NCBI GenBank assembly: GCA_963665275.2
Contig: CAXXIN010000006.1
Location: 1-64,000, forward strand
DNA length: 64,000 nt
From: Negativicutes bacterium
GTDB taxonomy: Bacteria; Bacillota; Negativicutes; UBA1444
Reading direction: 5' to 3'
Part shown: piece after piece, positions 11,120-21,830 of the stretch
How the letters are laid out: the number at the start of each line of letters is the position of its first letter
Position numbering within the stretch: position 1 is the stretch's first letter
Translations under genes and position numbers: made by a program
The notes under the pieces: generated by a model
Seen by the model: only the letters and a program-made list of their open reading frames with translations
The model's database searches: none
Told to the model about the DNA's origin: nothing

Positions 11120-12188
11120 GCCCCAATGGATTGAAGCAGGCATTGCAGGACACGCAGGTTGCCCTTGCCTGTCCAGCCTGCAACTTGTTGATCAGGTCTG
11201 GTTCACGAACGAAGGGGCGGCTGAGAGAAATCATGTCTGCTGTTCCATCGGCGATCAGACCCTCCATCACAGCAGTGGAACGCAGGCCGCCTACCAGAAT
11301 GACGGGAACTTTGACCGCGGCCTTGATTTGTTTGGCTGCCGGGGCGAAGTACGCTTCCTGTTCGGGTTTCAGAATGCCGGGTTTAGCCATGACAACACGG
11401 CTTTCCTTGATGGTTCCGCCACTGGTTTCGATCGCATCGATACCATGCTCGGCGATCATCTTTGCCGCGTAGATCGCATCTTCTGAGGACAGCTGTGTTT
11501 CGGCCGTTATGCCGTCAGTCGTGTTCAGTTTGGCGAAAACCGGAAACTGTTTGCCAACTGCCATTTTTACCCGATACGCCACTTCGCAGAGAAGGCGGAT
11601 TCTCTTATCGACGGATCCTCCGTATTCATCCTCTCGGTGGTTGGTGAACGGGGACAGGAATTGGGCCATTAGATATCCGTGGGCCATATGGATCTGAACT
11701 CCGTCAAACCCCGCCCGTTTAGCCCGCATGGCAGCTGCTTCGTAGTCTTCGAGCAGACGCTCGATTTCGTCGACTGTCAGGGCGCGAGCCGTTTGCTGCC
11801 CTTTTTCATCGAACATATCAGACGGAGCAACAGGCATTTGGCCATCGATGAGCTCGGGCACAGTCTGACGGCCGGCATGGGCCAGCTGTAAAAAGATTTT
11901 GGCGCCATGCTGATGCACGACATTCGTCATTTTTTTATAACCATCGATGAATTTTTCATGATAAATTCCATTCTGCGGGTTCGCAGCTCGTCCGAGCGGG
12001 TGGGACACATAGGAATGACCGGTCATGATCAGACCGGCGCCGCCGGCAGCGAGCTGTCCATAGAGTTCCAGTTGCGCGTCGGAAACTTGTCCGTCGCTAT
12101 GATTCAACCAGTCCTGGGTGGCGGAGCGGACGAAACGGTTGCGGAAAGTGGTCGTTCCGATCTGAAATGGTTCAAATAATTTGCTCAT
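11085..12188 (-). CDS. NADH:flavin oxidoreductase (Old Yellow Enzyme family)
   Basis: NRFVRSAT, QLAHAGRQ, GFDGVQIHMAHGYL, NHREDEYGG, C-terminal CVSCNAC. Confidence 0.92.
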   Translation of the reverse strand: MSKLFEPFQIGTTTFRNRFVRSATQDWLNHSDGQVSDAQLELYGQLAAGGAGLIMTGHSYVSHPLGRAANPQNGIYHEKFIDGYKKMTNVVHQHGAKIFLQLAHAGRQTVPELIDGQMPVAPSDMFDEKGQQTARALTVDEIERLLEDYEAAAMRAKRAGFDGVQIHMAHGYLMAQFLSPFTNHREDEYGGSVDKRIRLLCEVAYRVKMAVGKQFPVFAKLNTTDGITAETQLSSEDAIYAAKMIAEHGIDAIETSGGTIKESRVVMAKPGILKPEQEAYFAPAAKQIKAAVKVPVILVGGLRSTAVMEGLIADGTADMISLSRPFVREPDLINKLQAGQARATCVSCNACFNPLGLKCRYEGPGLQ

Positions 12189-12283
12189 GGGATGGGCCTC
12201 CTTTCTTTTTGGGGAGAGTTGTTTTGGAGTAGATTCAGTCAATATAAGTCAATACTAGAGAAACAAATGGGGGAGGATTTCAG

Positions 12284-12721
12284 ATGACGGATAAAGCAAT
12301 GGAAGCGAGAAATGCCGCAGGACAATACTTCAAGGACGGGTATAATTGTGCGGAATCGGTACTGCGGGCAGCAGCTGATGCAATGGGAATTCCGGTCGAG
12401 GCGCAGGCGCTGCGTATGACGACGGGCTTCGGCGGAGGGCTCGGCCATGCGGGCTGTGTCTGCGGGGCATTGGCAGCTTCAGTCATGGTGCTGGGACTAC
12501 TGAAAGGCCGGACGGATGCCGCTCAGAGCCGTGAAGAGGCCTATGCCCTATCCGAAGAATTTCACCACCGTTTTCAGGAAAAGTTCGGCGCCACCTGCTG
12601 CCGGGCTCTCAATCCACATGAATTCGAAACCCGGGAACATCTGGTGAATTGCGTGAAGATCACCGGCAATACGGCCAAGTTACTGATGGAATTTCTGGAA
12701 GAGAAGAAACCAACTATCTAG
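12284..12721 (+). CDS. C_GCAxxG_C_C family putative redox protein (second paralog)
   Basis: GYNCAESV, GFGGG, CGALAAS, FGATCC. Confidence 0.88.
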   Translation: MTDKAMEARNAAGQYFKDGYNCAESVLRAAADAMGIPVEAQALRMTTGFGGGLGHAGCVCGALAASVMVLGLLKGRTDAAQSREEAYALSEEFHHRFQEKFGATCCRALNPHEFETREHLVNCVKITGNTAKLLMEFLEEKKPTI

Positions 12722-12762
12722 ATTGCTAATCCGGACATCGGATGGGGATGGTGGATGGGTGA

Positions 12763-13539
12763 ATGGGTGAAAATTCCGATCAAGGACAGATTCTCTCTTC
12801 GGTAAAAAATTCCCTGCGTATTTTGCGCAGCTTTTCCCTGACTGAACCGGAAAAGAAAGTGACAGATCTGGCACTTGAACTGGGTATCGGGAAAAGTACG
12901 GTCAGCCGTTTACTGACGACTCTCTCCAGCGAAGGATTTGTGATCAAGGACAAGGAAACACAAAAATTTCGTCTGGGGTTGTCGATACTGAACCTGAATA
13001 CGATTCTGACATCCAGTCTTGAAATCAACCAGGAATCACTGCCGGTTCTCCAGAAACTGGTGCATGAGGTGGAAGAAACTGCCCATATCGCGGCCTTTGC
13101 AGGTACGGACGTAGTCTACCTGAATATCGTCGAGTGCAAACACCCAGTACAGATATTATCGCACATTGGACGCAGAAATCCGGTCCATTGTACGAGTTCA
13201 GGAAAAGTAATGCTGGCTTTTCAGAATAAGACGGTCATTAATCAATTTATCGATCGGGGGCTGGAGAAATACACAGCCAGTACGATAACGGATCCTGATG
13301 AATTTCGTGCGGTTCTGACAACCATCAGAGAGCAGGATTTCGCGACCAGTGTCGGAGAAATCCGTGAAGGAATTGCATCGGTGGCAGCACCGATTCGTGA
13401 TTACACAGGCAGGGTCTCTTATGCGGTGACGGTCATCGGTCCGGCCTATCGGATAACTTCTCACAACTTGGTTATTGCTAATAAAGTGAAGAATGCGGCG
13501 CGGGAAATCTCGCGACGTCTGGGCTATTTAAAAAAATAA
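12763..13539 (+). CDS. IclR family transcriptional regulator
   Basis: N-terminal HTH (KSTVSRLLTTL), HCTSSGKVMLA, SVAAPI. Confidence 0.92.
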   Translation: MGENSDQGQILSSVKNSLRILRSFSLTEPEKKVTDLALELGIGKSTVSRLLTTLSSEGFVIKDKETQKFRLGLSILNLNTILTSSLEINQESLPVLQKLVHEVEETAHIAAFAGTDVVYLNIVECKHPVQILSHIGRRNPVHCTSSGKVMLAFQNKTVINQFIDRGLEKYTASTITDPDEFRAVLTTIREQDFATSVGEIREGIASVAAPIRDYTGRVSYAVTVIGPAYRITSHNLVIANKVKNAAREISRRLGYLKK

Positions 13540-13557
13540 TTGGTGAGTAATGATCGA

Positions 13558-13590
13558 CAGGGATAGCGACGACTATCCTTGTTTTTTTTT
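13558..13590 (+). terminator. Intrinsic terminator after IclR
   Basis: CAGGGATAG...CTATCCTTG stem followed by a T-run. Confidence 0.7.
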
Positions 13591-13616
13591 GCGCTGATTT
13601 TTGAAAAGTTTGGTTT

Positions 13617-13633
13617 GTTGCGCATAGCGGAAC
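13617..13633. promoter_or_regulatory. Putative IclR operator
   Basis: Near-palindrome GTTGCGC-ATA-GCGGAAC about 85 bp upstream of the hydrolase. Confidence 0.5.
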
Positions 13634-13717
13634 GCCGTGATTGTGTGGTCGTTGTTTCGAAGCTAGTATTATATTCAGAACATTTCCAAAGTGAATTTAT
13701 TATGAGGAGGAATTGCA

Positions 13718-14542
13718 ATGACAGATGTTGAGAAAGGCTTATTTATTGACGCGGGGGGAATCAATACTCATTATCATGAGGATGGGCAGGGAGAGGCGCT
13801 CGTCTTGCTTCACGGTTCGGGTCCAGGGGTATCGGCCTGGGCCAATTGGCGACCGGTATTCCCGATTCTGGCGAAACATTATCATCTCTACGCGCCGGAT
13901 GTGGTCGGCTTCGGATATACCGACCGCCCGGCAGGCGTCACTTATGGCATGGATCTCTGGGTGAAGCACATCGTTGATTTTTTGGAACACAAAGGACTGA
14001 AAAAAGTCTCGATTGTGGGAAACTCCATGGGTGGTGGCGTGGCGATCAACTTGGCGCATCAGCGGCCGGACCTCATCAATAAGCTCATTTTGATGGGTAG
14101 CATGGGAATCTCGTTTCCAATCACCAAGGGCCTTGACGATGTATGGGGATATACGCCCAGCGTTAAAAACATGCAAGCCATGCTGAAAACCTTTGTCTCG
14201 AACCCAGCCATAGCCAATCAGACGGGTTTGGCGGAAATGCGCTATAACGCCAGCATACAGCCGGGTTTTCAGGAATCCTTCTCAGCAATGTTCCCGGCGC
14301 CTCGCCAACAAGGCGTAGAAGGCATGGCCCTTTCGGAAGATAAGATCCGCAAAATCATGATACCCACTTTGTGCGTGCATGGTCGTGAAGATCAAATTAT
14401 TCCCATTGTTGAAACAAGCTGGCGGCTTGCGAACCTTATGCCCAATGCTGAACTTCATGTTTTTTCAAATTGCGGCCACTGGACACAAATTGAAAAAACA
14501 GTTCCCTTCGCCAGCGTAGTGCATGAGTTCCTGAGTCGGTAA
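13718..14542 (+). CDS. Meta-cleavage product hydrolase (2-hydroxymuconate-semialdehyde hydrolase, DmpD/BphD/MhpC-like)
   Basis: HGSGPGVSAWANW, GNSMGG nucleophile elbow, CGHWTQ. Confidence 0.9.
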   Translation: MTDVEKGLFIDAGGINTHYHEDGQGEALVLLHGSGPGVSAWANWRPVFPILAKHYHLYAPDVVGFGYTDRPAGVTYGMDLWVKHIVDFLEHKGLKKVSIVGNSMGGGVAINLAHQRPDLINKLILMGSMGISFPITKGLDDVWGYTPSVKNMQAMLKTFVSNPAIANQTGLAEMRYNASIQPGFQESFSAMFPAPRQQGVEGMALSEDKIRKIMIPTLCVHGREDQIIPIVETSWRLANLMPNAELHVFSNCGHWTQIEKTVPFASVVHEFLSR

Positions 14543-14549
14543 TGTCATC

Positions 14550-14586
14550 CGGAGTGAACGTTCTGTGCGCTTAAGCGTTCACTCCG
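14550..14586. repeat. Intergenic hairpin between hydrolase and MFS
   Basis: CGGAGTGAACG...CGTTCACTCCG, no strong U-tract. Confidence 0.5.
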
Positions 14587-14692
14587 CCTTCTGATCCTGC
14601 GTGATTAGAAGCAGTGCCAGGTCAAGTTGCCCCCTGAGTCCTCTGCATGAATCTAGATTATATGTCTACCAAATTAGAGGAGGAGTAATGTA

Positions 14693-15988
14693 ATGAATGC
14701 CACCGCGAAAGAACTCGCCTCCGGATCCATAGCCGAAACTCCGACCCGTACGCGCATCCTGCTGGCGGTTATACTCTTCATTACCCTAATGGTGTCATTT
14801 CTAGACCGCGTGAATGTATCGGTACTGGTGGCTGATCCCAAGTTTCTTGACGATATGGGGATCACCGGACAACCCGTGAAAATGGGTCTCTTAATGACTA
14901 CCTTCTTATTTGCGTATGGAATTTCAAATATTATTACCGGCCCGATCGGTGATAAATTGGGACCTCGCAAAGCCATGACGCTGTCGATCGTATTGTGGGC
15001 TGTATCAACCGCTATTGGTGGTTTGGCCGGATCCTTCGGAGTTATGGTTGCTGCCCGCATTATCCTTGGCATCGGCGAAGGCATGCACTGGCCCATGCAA
15101 AGTTCGTTTGTGAAAAATTGGTTTCCTCCTAGTGAAAGGGTGCGAGCAAATTCTGCTTGGCTTGTGGGCATAATGGTGGGTCCGGCTCTGGCCATGCCGA
15201 TGATTTCTAGTTTTGTCGGCAGCGTCGGCTGGCGAGCCAGTTTCTTTTTTCTCATCGGGATCAGTATTATTCCGATGGCGCTCATCTGGTTTCTTACCTC
15301 CGACCAGCCGCGACAAAGTAAGTTGGCCAACAAATTGGAAGTGGATTATATCGAAAGAGGGTTAAAGATTGAGAGCGATGCGCATGCCGCAAGAATTGCC
15401 GCTGCCGGTGGAACAAACAAGAAATTTTATCGTGATTACCAATATTGGATGATCACTTTCGCATTCTTGTCTTCCGCGAGTATGTTTTGGGGAAGCATGG
15501 CCTGGCTGCCATCGTATCTGAAAGTAGCGCGCGGTTTTACCTGGGCGCAGATGGGTTCTCTGGCATCCTTGCCTTATGTTTTGGGGACCCTCACCGTTCT
15601 GGCTTTCGGATATATCGCCGACCGCTCCAGTCGAAAAGGTGTTTTTCCCATGGTTGCGCTGAGCGGCGCCTCTGTATGCGTTTATATGGGCGCCAATGTA
15701 GTTGATAATATAACCAGCGCCTATCTCCTGTCTGCGGCTATCGGTTTTCTTGGCGTTGGGCTGGCTTCGTACTGGGCCATCATGCAAGGCATCGTAGCTT
15801 CTGCCTCTATTGGAGCCGCTGCCGGCGTTATGAACGGCGTGGCCAGTATCGGTTCGGCCTTTGTTCCGACTATTGTAGGCGTTTTTATCCAAATGACGGG
15901 TTCTTATGTGGGAGGCCTCATGGTTTTAGTTGGCATGGGTGCGCTTGGCGCGATTTGCATGTTAATACTCACAATAAAGAAGATATAA
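14693..15988 (+). CDS. MFS transporter (anion:cation symporter family)
   Basis: SFLDRVN, DKLGPRK, RIILGIGEG, WFPPSER; about 12 transmembrane segments. Confidence 0.9.
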   Translation: MNATAKELASGSIAETPTRTRILLAVILFITLMVSFLDRVNVSVLVADPKFLDDMGITGQPVKMGLLMTTFLFAYGISNIITGPIGDKLGPRKAMTLSIVLWAVSTAIGGLAGSFGVMVAARIILGIGEGMHWPMQSSFVKNWFPPSERVRANSAWLVGIMVGPALAMPMISSFVGSVGWRASFFFLIGISIIPMALIWFLTSDQPRQSKLANKLEVDYIERGLKIESDAHAARIAAAGGTNKKFYRDYQYWMITFAFLSSASMFWGSMAWLPSYLKVARGFTWAQMGSLASLPYVLGTLTVLAFGYIADRSSRKGVFPMVALSGASVCVYMGANVVDNITSAYLLSAAIGFLGVGLASYWAIMQGIVASASIGAAAGVMNGVASIGSAFVPTIVGVFIQMTGSYVGGLMVLVGMGALGAICMLILTIKKI

Positions 15989-16003
15989 GGGAGGCAATAG
16001 GGC

Positions 16004-16798
16004 ATGGACCTCAAGCTGCGACAATCTTTAGGTATCGAAATCTATCATGCAGGAAAAACAGGGAAAGTGGTTGCTCCGCTTACCGAACGATTCCCGGATA
16101 TTGCGATGGAAGATGCCTACGCTATTCAACTGCAGGTCCTGGAGCAGTATACCATGAACGGTAGTAAGGTGACAGGCAGAAAAATCGGTTTGACTAGCAA
16201 AGCCATGCAGGAGATGTTTGGTGTGTTCGAACCTGATTTTGGCAGTTTGCTGGATCATCTGGCTTTTAATTCGGGTGACGCGATACCGGCGGGGTTGCTC
16301 ATCCAGCCTAAGGTGGAGGCGGAAATTGCCTTTGTACTGAAAAATGATCTGGCAGGCCGCCGCATAACCACACGGGATGTGCTGGATGCGACCGCCTATG
16401 TTACGGCCGCTATCGAGGTGGTGGACAGCCGTTTTCACAATTGGAAAATCAAATTACCGGATACGGTTGGTGATAATGCTTCTTTTGGTGCGTATGTGCT
16501 TGGAAATCAGACTTTCCCTGTGGAGCAGATGGATCTGCGGCTGCTGGGCATGGTGCTGGAACGCAATAATGTTGTCATGAATACCGGCGCCGGCGCGGCC
16601 TGCATGGGACACCCGGGCAACTGTGTAGCCTGGCTGGCCAACAAAATGAACGAACTGAACAACCCATTACGCAAAGGAGACGTGCTTCTCTCTGGTGCTG
16701 TGGCGGCAGCGGTGGAAGCCAGGCCGGGAGATTATTTCCGTGTGTGCTTCGATCGTTTGGGTGAAGTAAGCATTTCCTTTGGCTCTTTGGAATCATAG
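16004..16798 (+). CDS. mhpD: 2-keto-4-pentenoate hydratase
   Basis: [36 protein letters not shown]. Confidence 0.88.
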   Translation: MDLKLRQSLGIEIYHAGKTGKVVAPLTERFPDIAMEDAYAIQLQVLEQYTMNGSKVTGRKIGLTSKAMQEMFGVFEPDFGSLLDHLAFNSGDAIPAGLLIQPKVEAEIAFVLKNDLAGRRITTRDVLDATAYVTAAIEVVDSRFHNWKIKLPDTVGDNASFGAYVLGNQTFPVEQMDLRLLGMVLERNNVVMNTGAGAACMGHPGNCVAWLANKMNELNNPLRKGDVLLSGAVAAAVEARPGDYFRVCFDRLGEVSISFGSLES

Positions 16799-16823
16799 CA
16801 ACGGGAAACAAGGCGAGGGAGGA

Positions 16824-17708
16824 ATGAAATTGGCAAAAATACGCGCAGGTATTATCGGTTCAGGCAATATAGGCGCCGACCTGATGTTCAAATTACTGCG
16901 GAGTACGATTTTGACTCCGACATTGATGGCAGGAATCGATGCCGGATCATCGGGCATGCAGCTGGCAATTGAAAAAGGGCTGGAAGTTACGGCGGATGGG
17001 ATCCAGGGCGTAGTTGAACGTGCTGATCTGGTGGATGTGGTATTTGATGCGACAAGCGCCAAAGCTCATCGGGTCCATGCCCCGATTTTGAAAGAACTGG
17101 GGAAACTGGTAATCGATCTGACGCCGGCGGCCATAGGGCCTTATGTCGTACCGGCTGTCAACATAGACGAGTTGCAGATGGCCGATAACGTCAACATGGT
17201 TACGTGCGGCGGGCAGGCAACCGTGCCAATGGTGAAGGCGGTCAGTCGGATTGTGAATGTCACGTATGCGGAAATTGTGGCTTCCATTTCCAGCAAATCG
17301 GCCGGTCCGGGAACCCGGGCCAATGTGGACGAATTCACAGAGACGACGGCGCTGGCCCTCGAAAAAGTTGGGGGCGCACAACGAGGCAAGGCCATCATTG
17401 TTTTGAATCCGGCCGAGCCGCCTGTGATGATGCGTAATACTGTGCGCTGCATCATGGAAAAATCAGATTCTGCCACGTGTGAGGCGGTCAAAGCTTCGAT
17501 TGAAGCGATGGTTCATGAAGTACAGCAATATGTGCCGGGCTACCGGCTGAAACATCAACCGTTATTCGAAAACAACATGGTTACCTTATTTGTCGAAGTG
17601 GAAGGCTTGGGGGATTTCCTCCCCAAATATTCCGGCAACCTGGATATTATCACCTGTGCTGCGGTGAAGACGGCAGAAAAATTGGCAAAGGCCCGCTTTG
17701 GAATATAG
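16824..17708 (+). CDS. mhpF: Acetaldehyde dehydrogenase (acetylating)
   Basis: [42 protein letters not shown]. Confidence 0.95.
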   Translation: MKLAKIRAGIIGSGNIGADLMFKLLRSTILTPTLMAGIDAGSSGMQLAIEKGLEVTADGIQGVVERADLVDVVFDATSAKAHRVHAPILKELGKLVIDLTPAAIGPYVVPAVNIDELQMADNVNMVTCGGQATVPMVKAVSRIVNVTYAEIVASISSKSAGPGTRANVDEFTETTALALEKVGGAQRGKAIIVLNPAEPPVMMRNTVRCIMEKSDSATCEAVKASIEAMVHEVQQYVPGYRLKHQPLFENNMVTLFVEVEGLGDFLPKYSGNLDIITCAAVKTAEKLAKARFGI

Positions 17709-17736
17709 CGGAAAGTTTAGAGAAAGGAGTGATTTT

Positions 17737-18756
17737 GTGGGACAGAAGAAAATCAGTTTTACCGATGTGACTCTGCGTGATGGGATGCACGCGGTTTCCC
17801 ACCAGCTGACAGTGGACGACATGGTCAGAGTGGCCACTGCTCTGGACGAAGCGCAGGTGGATATCATTGAGGTGACTCATGGCGACGGTTTGGGAGGCAG
17901 TTCCCTGCAATATGGGCTGGGCAGACACACAGACGAAGAATATCTGGCGGCTGTCGTGCCCAGGATGAAACATGCAGGAATATCGGTCCTGCTTATACCG
18001 GGAATCGGCACGATCGAGATGCTGGAAAAAGTTATGCCCCTGGGTATTAAAACTGTCCGCGTCGCAACTCACTGCACGGAAGCAGACGTAAGCGCCCAGC
18101 ATATCAGTTTTTGCCGGGATCACAAACTCGATACCGTAGGTTTTTTGATGATGGCTCATATGATTTCGCCGTCTGAATTGGTGGAACAGGCAAAAAAAAT
18201 GGAATCCTACGGCGCAAACTGCATCTATGTTACCGATTCTGCCGGGGCCCTGCTGCCTGACGGGGTGAGTGAGAGGGTCGCTGCAGTGCGGCAGGCTGTT
18301 AGTGTGGAAATGGGTTTCCATGCTCACAATAATCTCTCTCTGGCGGTGGCCAACAGTCTGGCTGCCATTGAAGCCGGAGCGACTCGCATCGACGCGTCTC
18401 TGGCAGGAATGGGCGCAGGTGCGGGCAATACTCCGCTGGAAGTGATGGCGGCAGTGCTGTCGAAGAAGGGCGTTGATACGGGAGTGGACCTCTATCACCT
18501 GATGGATGCAGCGGATGATATTGTCCGACCCTTAATGCGTCAGCCGATCCAAGTGGATCGTGTATCTTTGTCGATGGGCTATTCAGGCGTGTATTCCAGT
18601 TTTTTGCTACATGCCCGCAAGGCGGCAGTTCAATTTGGTGTTGATGCAAGAGATATTTTGCAGGAACTGGGCCGACGCAAAATGGTAGGCGGCCAGGAAG
18701 ACATGATCATCGATGTGGCGCTTGAATTGGCGAAACAAAAAAGGATCCTGGCATAA
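17737..18756 (+). CDS. mhpE: 4-hydroxy-2-oxovalerate aldolase
   Basis: [40 protein letters not shown]; GTG start after AAGGAG. Confidence 0.95.
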   Translation: MGQKKISFTDVTLRDGMHAVSHQLTVDDMVRVATALDEAQVDIIEVTHGDGLGGSSLQYGLGRHTDEEYLAAVVPRMKHAGISVLLIPGIGTIEMLEKVMPLGIKTVRVATHCTEADVSAQHISFCRDHKLDTVGFLMMAHMISPSELVEQAKKMESYGANCIYVTDSAGALLPDGVSERVAAVRQAVSVEMGFHAHNNLSLAVANSLAAIEAGATRIDASLAGMGAGAGNTPLEVMAAVLSKKGVDTGVDLYHLMDAADDIVRPLMRQPIQVDRVSLSMGYSGVYSSFLLHARKAAVQFGVDARDILQELGRRKMVGGQEDMIIDVALELAKQKRILA

Positions 18757-18775
18757 AAATTACACCAGGTATAAT

Positions 18776-19510
18776 TCATACAGCGAGAATTTTGGAGAGC
18801 AAGGTTCCATTCAGGCGCAACCAGCGGCGCTGATTCCGGCAGTTGGGATCCCACCGGCCCACTTCTGTCCAAAAAGCGGCGGAATGGTTGGGATGCAGCA
18901 TGTGGCAGAGCTCGTGGATGACGAGATAGTCGAGCACTTCCGGCGGAGCCATGATGATGCGCCAGTTGTAGTTGATGGAGCCACGGGAAGAGCAGCTGCC
19001 CCAGCGGGTTTTTTGATCCCGGAGGGAGATCCGGCTTGGGCGTACGCCGATCTGCGAGGCCCAGTAGTGTGTTCGCTCTACCAGACGATCCAGGGACTGA
19101 TCCACATACCATTTCTTCAGTGAACGATAAACGGCGGGGTCGTTATCTTGTCCGACGAGTTCGGACAGATGAACGGATATGGAGCAGTGTGCGTAAGTCA
19201 CGTGCGGTTTTCCCTTGCCGTCCGCCAGCAATAGCAGGGTGTGTGGCGCTCCCTGATATAAGAGCGTCGCGCCGTGGGTAAGCGACGAATTCGCAGGGTT
19301 GGCGGCAACGGTTTCCAGTCGGCGGATCTGCAACCTGATCCAGGGATGTTTGGATTCGATCAACTGCTGGATTTTATCCCAGGACATCCCGGACGGTGCG
19401 GCGATTTCCAGGCAATCCGGCTTGGAAAGACGGATCTGGACCGTCCGCCTCCGTGCACTGTAGCGTAGTGTGCAGGCGAGAATATGGTTATCAATTTTCA
19501 AGGTTTTCAT
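18776..19510 (-). CDS. M48/YgjP (DUF45) family metal-dependent hydrolase
   Basis: KTRWGSCS, YLVIHELCH, NHSAAFW. Confidence 0.88.
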   Translation of the reverse strand: MKTLKIDNHILACTLRYSARRRTVQIRLSKPDCLEIAAPSGMSWDKIQQLIESKHPWIRLQIRRLETVAANPANSSLTHGATLLYQGAPHTLLLLADGKGKPHVTYAHCSISVHLSELVGQDNDPAVYRSLKKWYVDQSLDRLVERTHYWASQIGVRPSRISLRDQKTRWGSCSSRGSINYNWRIIMAPPEVLDYLVIHELCHMLHPNHSAAFWTEVGRWDPNCRNQRRWLRLNGTLLSKILAV

Positions 19511-19550
19511 AATCTATATATTTTCCACCGAACGTTATTTTTCCTGCTTC

Positions 19551-19579
19551 TTGACAAGGTAATACGTCGATGATATGAT
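19551..19579 (+). promoter_or_regulatory. Sigma-70/A promoter of tRNA-Leu
   Basis: TTGACA (19551-19556), 17-bp spacer, TATGAT (19574-19579). Confidence 0.75.
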
Positions 19580-19608
19580 ATTACTTGCCTGTAAGGGCAA
19601 CTGAACGT

Positions 19609-19695
19609 GCCGAAGTGGCGGAATTGGCAGACGCAGCAGACTCAAAATCTGCCGTCAGCGATGGCGTGCCGGTTCGAGTCCGGCCTTCGGCACCA
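19609..19695 (+). tRNA. tRNA-Leu (anticodon CAA)
   Basis: GCCGAAG/CTTCGGC acceptor stem, GGCAGA D-loop, GCAGA-CTCAAAA-TCTGC anticodon arm, long variable arm, GGTTCGAGTCC T-loop, encoded CCA. Confidence 0.97.
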
Positions 19696-19704
19696 GCGAA
19701 AATT

Positions 19705-19739
19705 AAGGCTTCCGACGATATTCGTCGGAAGCCTTTTTT
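19705..19739. terminator. Intrinsic terminator between tRNA and integrase
   Basis: AAGGCTTCCGACGA-TAT-TCGTCGGAAGCCTT followed by T-run. Confidence 0.85.
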
Positions 19740-19755
19740 CACAGTCTGCCGTCAA

Positions 19756-19774
19756 TTGAACATATTTTGAACAC
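19756..19774 (+). repeat. 19-bp direct repeat, copy 1 (putative integrase arm-type site)
   Basis: TTGAACATATTTTGAACAC, identical to 36670-36688; contains internal tandem TTGAACA. Confidence 0.7.
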
Positions 19775-19790
19775 TTCCTGAATTTTCCTG

Positions 19791-20911
19791 TTATTTTCGG
19801 GTTTCCAGTTTTTCTTTGATCCCATCCATCATAGTTTCAGTTTTATGGATGTAAGTGTCCATTGTGAATGTAGCCGAAGCGTGGCCCATCAGTAATTGGA
19901 TTTTTTTTGCCGATACATCCATCTCTTCCAACGTGCTGGCATACGTGTGCCGGAGATCGTGAAAATGGAGTTTGGCAGGGAGGCCGAGTTCGCGTTTTAT
20001 GTTTCCCCAGTCTCTTGATGCGTTGGCCGGATCTTGCGGCGATCCATCCAGTTGCGGAAAGACCAGATCAAATTCAGCGTGATATTTTAGTCCACATGAC
20101 AGGCGATGTTCGGCCTGCCTTTTTTTATGCGCTTTTAGTGCGAGGGCGGCGCCGTCGGTCAGCGGCAAAACACGCTTTGCATTATCGCTTTTCAGCGTTT
20201 TGGACAAGTGTACGCCCTTTGTCTTGGTTCGGCGAACCGTTTGTTCAACGGTGATGGTGGATTTTTTGTAGTCGATAGCCGACCAGGTGAGTCCCATGAG
20301 TTCACCCAGGCGCATGCCAGAATCCCAAGCAAGGGTTGTGAGCGGCTGCAGCGAAGAGTTGGCTACAGCTTTGAGCACGGTTTCGTATTGCTCTTTGCTG
20401 ATCACGATATACTGACGCTTTTCGCTGGTCGGCTTTTTGACTGCCTTACAGGGATTCCACAGGATCATCCGGTCGTTTTCTGCTTGCGTCAACGCCATAT
20501 TCAGAACGGTATAAATGTACTGGACTCGGCGACCGGATAAGCCGCCCTTCAATTTGGCTTTGATAATGCTGCGTATGTTTGACGGTTGCAGGCTTTGCAT
20601 TCGGATCGATTCCAACCGCGGTTTCAGATGCAGCCGGATCACATCGCGTAGGTATCATAGGTCCGTTCGCTCAGCGTTTCTTCATCGACATCCATTTGCC
20701 TTATCCGCAGCCATTCATCCAGCCATTCGCCAACCGTGGCAGTTGCGAAATTACCCAGCCCGGCCAACTTTTTTGCATTATCTTTGGCGGCAGTCAATTC
20801 GGCTTCCGTGTTGCCATAAACACGTTTGATTATCACTTTGCCTTCGGCATCATAACCCATTACTACATTGGCCTGATAGCGGCCATCTACACGTTTTTTG
20901 AGACGGGGCAT
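19791..20911 (-). pseudogene. Tyrosine recombinase/integrase with one frameshift near 20640
   Basis: N-terminal arm-binding region (KRVDGRYQA), GMRLGEL, FHDLRHTYAS, LMGHAS, TMDTY; split into ORFs 20639-20911 and 19791-20642; may be a sequencing indel. Confidence 0.85.
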
Positions 20912-20965
20912 TTGGATCACCTCCGGGTTAAATTTTTACCGGCAGTAATCATGGTTTGAATTTGT

Positions 20966-21547
20966 TCAGTGATGGCATGGCAAGTGCGGATCGTCGTTTG
21001 CATTATGTGATGGATTGTTCCCATCCATCTTGTATGAATCATGAGAAAGAGGATTGAAATGAATGCCTAAATGCTGCAAACGATTTTTCATGGTATCCGG
21101 ACTTACGGAGAACATTTCGACCAGGGCGACAAGGCTGTCCTCGTTGACAGACTTGCCGTGACCGCATGCTGAGCGTATCCAATCTGCCGGCATCAATAGG
21201 TTTTCTGCAAAATGATCAGCTTCATGTTTCAACAGTTGAAACTGTGGTGTTGTTAGGCGTGTATTGTCAAAGTGCAGATGATTCATGAATAAATGTCCCA
21301 TTTCGTGAGCATGGATAAAACTAGGGCTCCGCTTGGATAGTTTGCTGTTAATGAATACGTACCATATTGAATCTTGCTCCAAACAGAAACTCATTTCTGT
21401 CGGATGCTCAAACGGTGAAACAACGGCATATTGCTTCAATAATTCTTTGACTGGCACTGGCGGCTCCATGATTCGCTCGTGCAGCAGAATTCTTTGGGCG
21501 GTCGCATCTGCCAATGCCAGTCTTGCCTGGTCCGGCGAAGTTTTCAT
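20966..21547 (-). CDS. ImmA/IrrE family metallo-endopeptidase
   Basis: FIHAHEMGH HExxH, EADHFAENLLMP, FSVS..MKNRL. Confidence 0.88.
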   Translation of the reverse strand: MKTSPDQARLALADATAQRILLHERIMEPPVPVKELLKQYAVVSPFEHPTEMSFCLEQDSIWYVFINSKLSKRSPSFIHAHEMGHLFMNHLHFDNTRLTTPQFQLLKHEADHFAENLLMPADWIRSACGHGKSVNEDSLVALVEMFSVSPDTMKNRLQHLGIHFNPLSHDSYKMDGNNPSHNANDDPHLPCHH

Positions 21548-21572
21548 GCTACTCTCCTTCTTCCAAAGATGT

Positions 21573-21670
21573 GTCAACGGCGCACAGTATGAGGTCGACC
21601 GGGTAACGGACGTGAGGCGGGTAGCGGCGCTGAAAACCGGTGGGTTGGGGATGCGGCACGGTGAGGGTAC
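21573..21670 (+). pseudogene. Fragment of a small mobile-element hypothetical gene (YEVDRV..VR..A.LK.GG.G.R type), copy 1
   Basis: Translation VNGAQYEVDRVTDVRRVAALKTGGLGMR; shares an identical 19-mer with 34855-34873. Confidence 0.5.
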
Positions 21671-21830
21671 AGGGGAAAAAGGTTTAGTTGTTTGGGGATG
21701 AGGGTAGGTGGTTTTTGGAGGCGTAGAAAAAAGCATATTTTATGATAGGAAATTACAAGGGATTATATAAACAATCCAGAAGATAAATTAATAACGAAGG
21801 TACATCATTTTTTTGAAATGGAGACGTTTT

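Noticed and set aside
19585-19770. 61-aa ORF over the tRNA
   Set aside because: It overlaps a clear tRNA-Leu and its terminator; spurious.
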